NCBI RefSeq assembly: GCF_018350175.1
Contig: NC_058375.1
Span: 199,454,001 to 199,518,000, forward strand
Length of the DNA: 64,000 bases
Reading direction: 5' to 3'
From: Felis catus
Taxonomy: Eukaryota
Below are positions 49,181 to 61,100 of the stretch, one piece after another. Under the pieces are notes generated by a model. The model worked only from the letters and a program-made list of their open reading frames with translations. It was not told the DNA's origin and made no database searches. The translations under genes were made by a program, and so were the position numbers. The stretch's first letter is position 1. Each line of letters opens with the position of its first letter.

Positions 49181-52100
49181 TGAATAATCTTGACTGATTA
49201 TGAAGATGGACTCAACTTCACCCCATAACTATGTAATCCATTTCAGTCTCAATTCTAACCATGCCAACAAAATTACACATTTGTTGAAGTCTCCACGGAC
49301 AATATAGTTGGTTTACTACATGAAAGGTTCTCATTTCTAAGGACATCAGAGGGGACAGTGACCCCCCAGACTACTTTTCTGAGTTCTGGATGAAAGGGGT
49401 AAGGAAAGAATTTGGCCAATTTTAGTACAAAGAGAAGCTCAAACTCTAGTAGAATGACACTTACTTCCAAAGAGTTCGTTGCTTTTGTAAAGCCTTTTAG
49501 CCTGTCTCTCCATCTCATCTATGCTTTTTGCTGCCTGAATACGGTCATATAATACACAGGAGGAAATATTTACTGTCAGGGAGGACAGTGTGTTGAGATG
49601 ATCAATGAGGTCAATGCTGTTTTCTAATTTCAGCCTTAGAATATCTAAAAAAGCAAAGCAAAACAGACAAAACACATATTAGTTGTATTATAATGTTGTT
49701 TCTAATAGTACTGAGACAAACAAAATACTGACTTTTTGGTATATAATAACCATTATACTAGATTATGAGTAATAGGAAGTTGTAGAATTTGCTCCAAAAA
49801 TATCCAGTAACAAAAATAGCTAATAACACATAGGAAAATGTATCCAGTTGTTCAAATATTCATTGAAGAGTATGTTGAGCTGGTACTGATATAGTAGACC
49901 CAAGTTCAAAGAGTGGTACAAGCCAATTTAAAAGTATATCCTGCTACAATTTAGGTAACCAATGACTAAAGGTGAATAATTAAAAATATATATCTACATG
50001 TAGTCAGGAAGAACACGAGTGATAAAAGTTTTGAATAAACAGAAACACTTAACTTCATTCAGGGAATGTGAATGTAAGAATTTAAACAAAGAAAAATCTA
50101 TGTAGAGTGCAAATAAACTATGTCATTAAATAAGTTGTGCTACAGAATCATTTCTTAGGAGACTGTGAGAATCTATGCCACATAGTTAACAACTTTCTAA
50201 AACTGATATAAAACCTTAAGTGAGTTATGTCTATTGATATCTGTATTAATCTAGACAAAATGATCAAGTTTTTATTTCAGGTAATTACTTTGGAAGAAAG
50301 AGGATTTAATTGCTCTTCAATTTCATGATTCCTTATGAGGAAATCAACCGAGACAAAGGGTAAATATGAAATTGCAAGTTAATAAATCACTTGGCCAATT
50401 AAATTTTCACTGACTTGATCATCATGAATACCAAGAATGCTGTATCATAAATCCCTCCTCACAGAACCCAAACATGACTCTTCCAAACTCCAACGCAAGA
50501 CTAATTTCTCACAGAGGGCAACTTCTTAAATGCATTTCTCATTAGAATTTAAAGTGAAATGGTTTGCTGGATATAGACATTGGTGGGGGAGGGGTAAAAC
50601 TGTGGTTGAACAGTGGCCTCCAGTGGCCATTGGAAATTAACACAACACCAAGGATTCCTTAGAAATGCTGGCAGACAGGATCAAAGAGCTATGAGGGTCA
50701 GTGCCCCACTGCCAATTCAAACTATATTAACTCTCAGATACTAAGTTGCATATACAATTACACAAACATCAAGTCTCACTGCTACATTCATTTTAGTCTA
50801 TTTTTAAATTCTAGAACTCCTGTCCTATATTAAGAAGATAAAATTTATATAAAACTTTGTAGTATATTCCCGATATTTTGATCAAATGATTTCTTACCCA
50901 AATGGTACTTTTAGAGAATAAATACACCAGTATCTTTCCTTAATGAAACTCGGTCAACTATCATAAAGTGCACACAATTATATACAATACAAACATGAGC
51001 CTAATTCCTCCCTACTGGTTTACAGACTATGTCACTTCTGTCCCAGGAGCTTCAGGGAGGAGGGGCACATGCTCTACTGCAGCCAAATTCTGATGCTCTC
51101 AATCCCTTCCTCATACTTGTGGTTGCATAGCAACAGTGAATCAGACACAGACTGAATTAGATGTCTTGCATCCCTTAGGTTGAAGGTGGGGATGTGGCAG
51201 AGGGAATGCATAAGTTCAGACAGCTTCCTTTGATCCTCTTTGCCTGTTTCTTTTAAATGACCATGAGAGGAGGATCCAACCTTGACTACTGATTTAAGTT
51301 TATTTTCTTTTGAATCTCTTCATTGCCTTTGTTTTGCTTCTGCTAACTCAATAATTTCTTCCAGTTACATTCTGGGTTAATCAAAGTGATACTGAGGCCA
51401 GCGGAGATAAGATTTAAATGTAACTGGAAATAAACCATTTCATCTTCCTTTGTCCTTAAGGACTTGCTTTTCATCAAGTTGCTGGGGGGGGAGGGGGAAG
51501 TCCTCTTACTTCTAGCAATCTACCAAGTGACCAATGACTATAGGAATACATGAAGTATATACTTGTTGAAACTAACTGCAGACACTGGGTATGTGAATAG
51601 TTATTACTACTTGTAGTAATACGACTATCTGGGAAAAAGATGGATAGATATGTCCAAGATTTTACTGTCCTTAAAATAACTAGCTAAAAATCAAATGCAG
51701 AAGAAAATAAAACGTTTTCAAATGCAACCATGTTTTTCACATTCCTGACATGACTAGTGAATAAAAGTTTTGTAACTCTGGACTTACCGAGTTCATCGAT
51801 CTGTTTCAATAGTTCAACGGCATCAAGTCCCACAGAGAATTTCACAAAAACTTGCACAAAGGGGTTCCTTAAAGTATTCTAACGAATAACAATAGGGAAT
51901 CAGTTTCAGTACAAGAAAACATGTTTAATCATCATCTGTCTAACAGCATCTACAGTGAAAGGAAGTAACAACCACCCGGCATTATCAATGCATCACCTTG
52001 CAGTGCTCACATACAAATCCTTAGAAAGGAAGAGAAGGTGTGTGGCTGGTAATGACTACAAAGGCTGGGTTTTCTTGTTGATAGACACAAATTAGTCAGC

Positions 52101-55100
52101 ATGCTCCTGTGGCCAGATATGACTCTAATTATCAACATTAGGAAATTATATTCAATGTAACAGTCCTTTTACCCACGGGTATGACATCATTTGTTTTTTG
52201 ATATACTCTATACACCACTGTAGTGGTTCATGGTTGAATTTTGTTCAACTAAAAGAAACTGATACAACTTTTAAAAATTGTGAAGTCTACAGGCACCTGG
52301 GTGGCTCAGTCAGTTGAACGACTTCGGCTCAGGTCATGATCTCATGGTTCGTGAGTTCGAACCCCACATGGAGCTCACTGCTGTCAGTGTAGAGCCTGCT
52401 TCCAATCCTCTTTCTCTCCTTTCTCTCTTGCCCTTCTCCTGCTCATGCTGTCTCTCTTTCTCAAAAATAAATTTAAAAAATATTTAAAAAATTGTGATGC
52501 CTAAATAGAACTTCATATCACAATTGATTGGTGCAAGAGTTCTACTACTTCCTAGCTATGGGCTCTCAGCAAGCAATCTGCTTTTTCTAGCTTCATGTTA
52601 CTTTTCTGTAAAGTAGAGATGAATGACTCATCAGAACATTCAAATGTAAATTACTATAATATCATTTATCATTGCAAAAAGCACAATTATGTGAACATGG
52701 AAAAATAAACTGATGATAAATCTTTAAATTTCTCTATCTCCATGGAAAGACTGAAAAATTAAAAAAAAAAAAAAAAAACCTCAATGCTTTAACATATAAT
52801 GATTTTACAGCTATCTTCCAAATTAGGAGACATAGCTTCTACCACTCCAGAAATACAGCCAGGTAACACTTGTTGAGACCTTACTGTGTACTGCACACTG
52901 TCTAACAGAGTTTAGCTTAATTTTCTCACAGAGTTTTCCAGAACACCTTGAGGTCCCTTAAGGACACAAAATTAATAAGGGCCAAAGGGCCAAAGGGCTG
53001 AAGACAGAGAATTCAACGTGATTAGAGAAATGCTTATCTTATGTGTTAATTCATGGCCATGTTTTTATGGGAACCAGACTAAAACTGGTTTTCCCTTTGG
53101 AGGACAATACAGGATCACTCATCATTCTATCCTTCTTACCAATATCTTCAGTTTTATTACCATGGAGATAAAAGGTTAAGAATAATATGTATTAACAGAG
53201 CATAGATACAACAGAATTAATTCACTAAATCCATAGATGCTGAGGGGTAAGGGCAGGTGACAGCATGTAGACTGACGGCTATCACACAGCTACACACCGC
53301 GATAACCCAAGTCCTCTGAAGTCTATTTACCAGGAATTAATTTGTGCATCCTGGAAAAACTGAATTAGAGCATTACTAATAAACAAAGCACTGTGTCTGT
53401 TGCAATTCAGAGAAGATCCACTGAGCCATATCTCCATTCTCCCACCACTCCTTTTGCGATCAATCCTGTGATGAGTGACACTATTTTTACATGCTTTCAC
53501 ACATATGATCCTCACAAATCTGTGAAGTGGCTCTCAGTATATTCATTTTAGAGATTCGTAAACTGTCGATCAAGTGTCTTATGTCATTGGCCTCGGGATT
53601 CACATTGGCAAAGCCAGGTGTTACACTAAAAGCCTTAAATTTCAAAATCTGTGTACATTTGCATAAATAAGTTTTTCCTCAATAATTGAGAATAATGATT
53701 TATTTTTGGTCTAGAGCAGAATCAAGTTGCTTCCATTAGCTGATGGTCCCTTTATGGACACAATCACAGAATTTCTTCATAGCAAATTATTGCACTTTGG
53801 AACTATTATGCACAGATCATGCCTTTTGTTAATTCACTGCTTTAGCCACAAAACTTCCCTTAGTGAAATGATATGTGTAGGGTTTTTTTTTTTTTTTTTT
53901 TTACTCCACAGAAAAAGAGTTAAAGGAAAAAGAGAACAATCTTCCATTTAGGAAAACAGATAGGTCAACAAAGTACTATTAAATGGTCTTTGTTACATAA
54001 AACATCCACTTGAACCTGCTTAAAATTAGAACCAAGTTTAATAGCAAATTGTGGGGAAGATGTCTGATGCAAGTTTACTTTTCTTATATTAATTAAGTTA
54101 TTAAATATCTATTTCAGAAATGTATTTTATATTATAATATAAACTTTATATATTATTTATGATAAAAGCCAGATTGTAATTATAACTATGCGCTGATTGT
54201 TAGTCAAAACAAAGACTAAGCAAGGCATCTTTGGATATAATTTTTCTGACAAAGTTGTATGAACCAAATCCTTTATTCTATGTTTAACTTCTTGAGCATG
54301 TTTTTAAGAAGGACCTTTTTTTTGCAAATATATTTTAGCTCTCCATCAATTTTCCATGGGCCTCTCTCAATACTTTGATATGTAAACCATTCTCTCTTAA
54401 AGTTCCTATGTTGCATCCTTCCTGCCAGTTTTCTCTTCTCCAACTGGTAGCTGGTCTGACTCTGCTGCTCCATTGTTAGTTCTCAGTAGCTGTTTGTGAT
54501 TGGAACATTTGCCCCACATTATTTTCAACATCTTCAGAAAACCCTACATCTTTTGCAAGAATTGCAAATTATACTTTGAACCAGTGCACATTGTATTTGA
54601 GTTGCATTGTCAAATCTTTACCCTAGAGTGCTGTATGTTTCAACCAAAGAATTCCCCAAACTGAACATTCTTCTCCAGAATACTAGTATTTTTAGGAACT
54701 CTGGTTCTGTTAAAATAGCAAAAAATAATTTTAAGTGAAGGGACAAATAAAGTAAACACATTCTAAGTAGTTTTTACAGCATTTCATTTTTGGAAAACAA
54801 GATTTACATCACTAGTTAGGTCTCAAGTTCAACCTGTAAGATGGCTTATCTCTGAATTACAGATACAGAGAGGATGCACCACAGGAGGTGAGGATGATTA
54901 GGAATGTGAGAGATCTGTTATCCTGTCTCAGACTTTCTCTCTGGAGGAGAGGAAATTTAATCTATTGGATATGGATTCCAAGTTACTACAGGCCCACTGC
55001 CATAATGAGGATGATTAAAATCTTAAAGAATTATAATTCCTATGAAGAAGAATGACAGAGCTGTCTCCTACCTGGAGCATGGGAATTGTCTGGTTTAACA

Positions 55101-58100
55101 GGTGGAAGGAATTCATGAAAAGTGGTGAGTTATCCATCCACTCTTGAGATTTCTCTCTTAATTCCGCCAGCTGCCTCAGAGTTACATTAGACTTAAAGAC
55201 AAAGAAACAAAGACAGATCAGGTCCATCACTATTTCTCCCACATCCCAAAAAGGTATCCTAAGGTTATTTTGTTATACAACTTTAAAGGAACAGTTCTAA
55301 AAGGTAGAGCTAGTAAAAAAAAAAAATTGTCAGAAATTTCCCACATGGTCAGAAGTTTTTAAATGACAGCTTTTATATAGGGTCAGGATCACTTTTAAAA
55401 ATTCTGGAAAATGTAGGGTTTGCTTCAGTGTCCACAGTGAATTTACAGTCAAAATGAAAACATGTCTTCTGGAGTTCTCACAAGTTATTCATTTTTTCCA
55501 ATGACACATTTAACTTGACTACTACAGAAACATCCTAGTTCAAAGATATGAGGAGAATACTCTCATATACTGCTGGTGGAAATGGAGGTGTTACAGCCTT
55601 TTTTGGAAAGCAATCTGACAACAGACATTACATAAAATACAGTATTCCTTAATCCCTCAATCCTGAACAATCATTTCACTGAAATAAAAATTCCACTGCA
55701 TAAGTAACATGCATGAGAATATTTGTTGTTATATTATTTACATTTGCAAAAACAAAAATGAAAACAAAAGGAAACACTGGAAACACAATAAATGCCCAAC
55801 AACTGAGGATTGGCTGAGTAAATTCTATGGTATGAAAAAGTTTGCAATTTTCAAGAAGAATGAATTAAACGATGCCAATTGAGTTAGAATTTCCACAAGG
55901 TATTGTTGTGTGAGTAAAGTAATACATAGAAAAGTACTATAATGTAACCTCATTTTAATAATGCAAGCAATGACAAAAACCTTGCATATGAATGTATGTA
56001 TAGTATCATGATCTATAAAGAATTAGAGAAATGTACATAAATGACAAAAAAACACATCCTTGAATACTAAAAATTATAAGTTACATAAAAGAAAGAATAA
56101 GATCAAGAGGAGAGAAAGAGAGGAGGTGAGAGCCAAACAAAAAGGAAAGACAAAAAAATGACTACACTTGGAAAATAAGCAGGTAATGACTTCACTTATG
56201 CAAAATTATTAGGAGCACATAGTCAATAAAGTAAATTAAATACTAAAATGCAAACAATAAAAACAAACGTCATCCTAGAAACCAGTGATGAACTCATGTC
56301 CATTTTTATATAGACCTACAATAACGTTATATTCACCTAAACTATGGTCTAGTGACCAAGTAATGGTAAAGTGGAGATTTTTTCCTTCCACTCTATCATT
56401 TTAAAAGTATCAAATGTAGGGGCGCCTGGGTGGCGCAGTCGGTTAAGCGTCCGACTTCAGCCAGGTCACGATCTCGCGGTCCGTGAGTTCGAGCCCCGTG
56501 TCGGGCTCTGGGCTGATGGCTCAGAGCCTGGAGCCTGTTTCCGATCTGTGTCTCCCTCTCTCTCTGCCCCTCCCCCGTTCATGCTCTGTCTCTCTCTGTC
56601 CCAAAAATAGATAAACGTTGAAAAAAAATTAAAAAAAAATAAATAAAAGTATCAAATTTATAATTCAAATCATGAAAATTGCAACTTTCAAAGTTGCAGG
56701 GAAATGTAATTATGATTAAGTTAGGTAGATGATAAGTATAGTGACTATTAATAATGTTGTATTTCTCGATATCTATCTTTCATATAAACATAACATGTTG
56801 AATTGTACAACCTAATGTGAAGCCAATAATTTATAATTTAGGGATTGTTTTTGTTCAAACTAGTTACATAATGCTCTAATATTATTTTTTTCTAGTGCCA
56901 TTATTTTAACATATTTGAAAATTAGACACTAGTGGTAGAAAAATTTTCTGCTTTTGGAGATAAGCTGAAAAATATGAGATCTTGCTTCAACTAACCTCAC
57001 TCTCAAGTGTCACCCTGGTTCATTTCTCTTCAAAGGGCTACTAAACAATCTACACTGTTTACACATGTACAGGGCAGAATCTGAGAATTACGAGTTTCAG
57101 AAATCCAAGGGTAATACTAGGTAAGATATAAAGAAATCTGAGTCAACTATAGTAGATTTGGAAGCTGACTACTTTAAAAATCATCTTAATACTTTAGATA
57201 GAAACTGTGAGTTATAAGGGTCAAACCTTTTCCATTATTGCCTTTGTGATGGGGGTATATGGCGCGTACAAAATTTTCCCCAACAACATAGGTTTCAGGA
57301 AAGCCCAAATCACAGGTCCAGCAGGCATATTAATGATGTCTTTATAAAGGGAGAAGCAAAATGGTGCTGGAAGGAAAAAGTGAATAAAATCCATTTAGTA
57401 TGTGTATGTAAAATCTATTTTCTTATGGTAAATTGACACAGATTATTGTTATTATGCCAACAGATGCATGTCTTATACTTCCTTTATTATTAACAGTTGT
57501 GAAGCATCTGGTATCAAAGTAAGAAAGTGTAGTAACAAATCTTTAGGTATGAGAGTTTAACCCAATAAGCAAGACTATGATAAGTGATGGCATTTGCCAA
57601 GAGGAGTTAGAAAGGTTTTGAAAAATCACATTTCAGAATATCTTCCAACCAACACTTAATTTAAAAATATGTATGTTAGTATGCAAAAATGATACTAGGG
57701 TAGTACCAGATATATAAGAGTTGTTAAATAAATTTTGAATGAGTAAAGAGATGAATAAATGAGTCAATCCAATTGCACGAATATACTAAACATTCATATA
57801 TCACTTGGAAGAGCTCAACTGATAGAATTTTGCATCCCAAGTAAACGGTGTTGATGTGCTACTAAGCGTTTATAGTTCTGCTGCATTCACAGAGCTTTTC
57901 TACGTGTGAGACTAATTTCTAATTCTCAAAAGTTAAGAAAAATGTTGAGTAAGCAGATTTAAGGCATGTTTTTGCATTATTTGCTGGCAAGGACAGTATA
58001 GTTGTGATGGACAAGTTCTCAGTGTTGTGACTCAGAAGCTAGACTGCTGAGCTCAACTCATAGCTCTGATACTTCCATGTTGGGCGACCTTGGCCAGTTA

Positions 58101-61100
58101 CTTAAGTCTGTCTGCACCTCAACTCCCCTAAGATGGAGATGCCTACCTTCTAGTTTTGCAACGTGTGGGTCAGTCAATGTGCAAACATGCCCGAAGTGTG
58201 GGAAGTGCCGTGTAAGTGCTGGGGAAAATTAATGCCTCATTTATTATGAAAGGTTAAGACACAGTGGACAATGTTGTTAGGAGATGATGTCACTGTGCTA
58301 ATTTTGAAGTATACTTACTGGTATGTGTGGGGATTCCATATTTGGAAGCAATCTGTTCTTTGCTTAATTTGTAAGTCAAAAAATCCTTGGTGTGGTTGCC
58401 TTTTCGCCTTTGAGAAGAGGGCAGCAAAGCAGTTAAATATTCAGTGGTGATCCCCTGGGAACACAATGCTTGGGAGATGGTGCTAAATGATCCTTGGGGT
58501 GTGTTCATCCGGTTGCTTCTGTACATTGCCTGGGAGATAAAAATCCACGATTTATTAACATTATGTAGCTATAAATGCTGCTGAGGACAATACAGAAGAA
58601 AACCTGGTAATGCTAAGAGTATCCTTATAGCTTCCATAACTCCTTTAAAACACGTATCCTAAATGTAAATGCAGAATGCTGAACCTCTCTAATTTAAGTG
58701 ACAACGCTTTTGCCAGACTAGAAGAGTTTCCCTGCAGGTGATTTTTTTGAATGTACTGTATTTGTAGCTGCATGTATTATAACTAATGTCAAATAAAAGT
58801 TAATATGACAAAAGGAATTTCCCAAGAAGCACATTACTGGGTGGCTTTCCTACCTGTGTTAACGGAACACTTCTAGGCAGATGCATTTGTTTCAGGGATG
58901 ACATTTTATCCAGCAGCGGACGTGTGCCGGAAGCCATCTGACTGAGAATCTCTTTTAGCCTCATGAAGAGTTCTATCATCTTTTCTACTGGCTTTTGATC
59001 TTCCCTAGGGAAAAACACCTAACAGGAACAGAATAAAAATAAATGATCTATGTGGATACATTGGCACCTGCGCTCACTGTTGGTAAGAATCTAAAAAGTT
59101 ATAATCACTGTGCAAAAAATTTTGGAAGTTTATTAAATAACTTAGATATAAGCTTACCATGCAACCCAGAATTCCATTCCTAAGTATTTATCCAAGCAAA
59201 AGGAAAATGCATGTCCACACAAAGATTTGTATGTGAAGGTTCATAGTGGCATTATTCACAAGAGCCAAAAAAAAAAAAAAAAATGGAAACAATCCAAATG
59301 AATGGACAAACAAAATGTACACCCTAAAACTAGAATACCCGTTTGGCAATAAAAAGATACGAAATACCGACACATGTTGCAACATGCGTGAAATTCAAAA
59401 ACATTATACTAAGTGAAAAAACACACACACACAAAGACCACAAATATATGATTCTGCTTATATAAAATGTCTAAAAAAGGAGAATCTCTGGAGATAGAAA
59501 ATAGATTAGGGTTGCCTGGGCTAGAGGTCAGAATGAGAAGTGACTGCATATAGACACAAAGTTTCTTTCTGGGGTTGACGGAAGTATTCTAAAATTATGT
59601 GGTAGGGGTGCCAGGGTGGCTCAGTCGGTTGAGTGCCCGACTCTTGCTTTTGCCTCAGGTCATGATCTCACAGTTCCTGAGACTGAGCCCCGTGTCAGGC
59701 TCTGAACAGATGGAGCAAAGCCTGCTTGGGATTCTCTCCCTCCTGCTCTCTCTCTGCCCCTCCCCTGCTCATGTATGCATGCTCTCTCTCTCTCTCTCTC
59801 TCAAAATAAATAAATGAACTTTGAAAAAATAAAATAAGGTAAAATTATTTTGTGGTAATGGTTGCACAATCATTGAATTGGACACTTCAAATAAGTGAAT
59901 TTTATGGTACATAAATTATACCTCAATAAAGTTGCCTAAAATAAATTATTTTAAAAGTCATAAAGGCAAATGTCAATTACACAATTCTTCATGTATGCTG
60001 TTGCTCAAAGATCATATAATATTATCCTTAAAATCAGAAAAACCCTGTCAAAAAACTCATGTGATTTATCAGGTTTTATCACAATCCCATAAAGCTCTTC
60101 TGATGCATGAAGGAATACTGGAAATGCTTTAAAATTTTAAAGTAACTTCATCCTCTGATTCATTTCACCAACAAACTTTGATTGAGTGTCTGCTATGCTC
60201 CCAGCATGGGTGAGGTGATGGGTATATTGGGTGGTACACAAACTGACATCATCCCTCCACTCAAGGGGCTTTGGTCTAATAGATATCAAACAAATCAATA
60301 GACGAAAGACTGGGGGAATATGAGGGGGTACAGGGAGTTTAGCTAAGAATCAAAAAAGACCTTTCTTTCCGGTATGGCCTTGCAATGGAGAGAAAGAACA
60401 AACCAGAGAAAGAATAAGCAGAGGAAGGTTACAGGTAGAGGGAAAGATGTGTGAGGTCCATGAGGAGGGACAGTTCTTGACACGCCCAAGATAGTCAAAG
60501 ACCACCATTATGAGAACAAGATGCAGTTGGAGAGATATCTTGAAGACACAGATACCTCATTAGCACAGCTATTAATTACAGTCATGTTTTTTTCTAAATT
60601 GAAATCAACATTTCAGTTTTTCTTCCAGTGCTACCCAAATTCTTGGCATTCTTACACTGATGTGAAATAAATGGACTAATGATGAGTAATTTTTAGTTAT
60701 TTTTCTTTGCAACACCTAAAAGAGGTAGGAATGGTCTTCTGTTTGTCAAAGGTACATATTTAACTACTAGACTCAACAAAAAATGTTTGGTTTGGTATCT
60801 GTTCTGCAGAGGCATTATAAAATAAGAATTAAAATTTTAGATGAAAAAAATTAAAAAATAAAATTTGAGATGAACAGAATTAATAATTTCACTTCATATG
60901 CATTTGAAGTCATAGTTTACGGAACATAACCATTTGTATAATTACTGGGTATTTGCTGAGTGCCTTTATGGGCCTGGCACTATTCCTGGCATTTGAAGTA
61001 TTGGGTGGTTCCACATAGCAGCTATGGGCCCCAGGAGATACCATGGAGGAAAGAGAATTTCACAGATGGGAAGGGGGTTTGCAGATTATGGGGATCCTGT

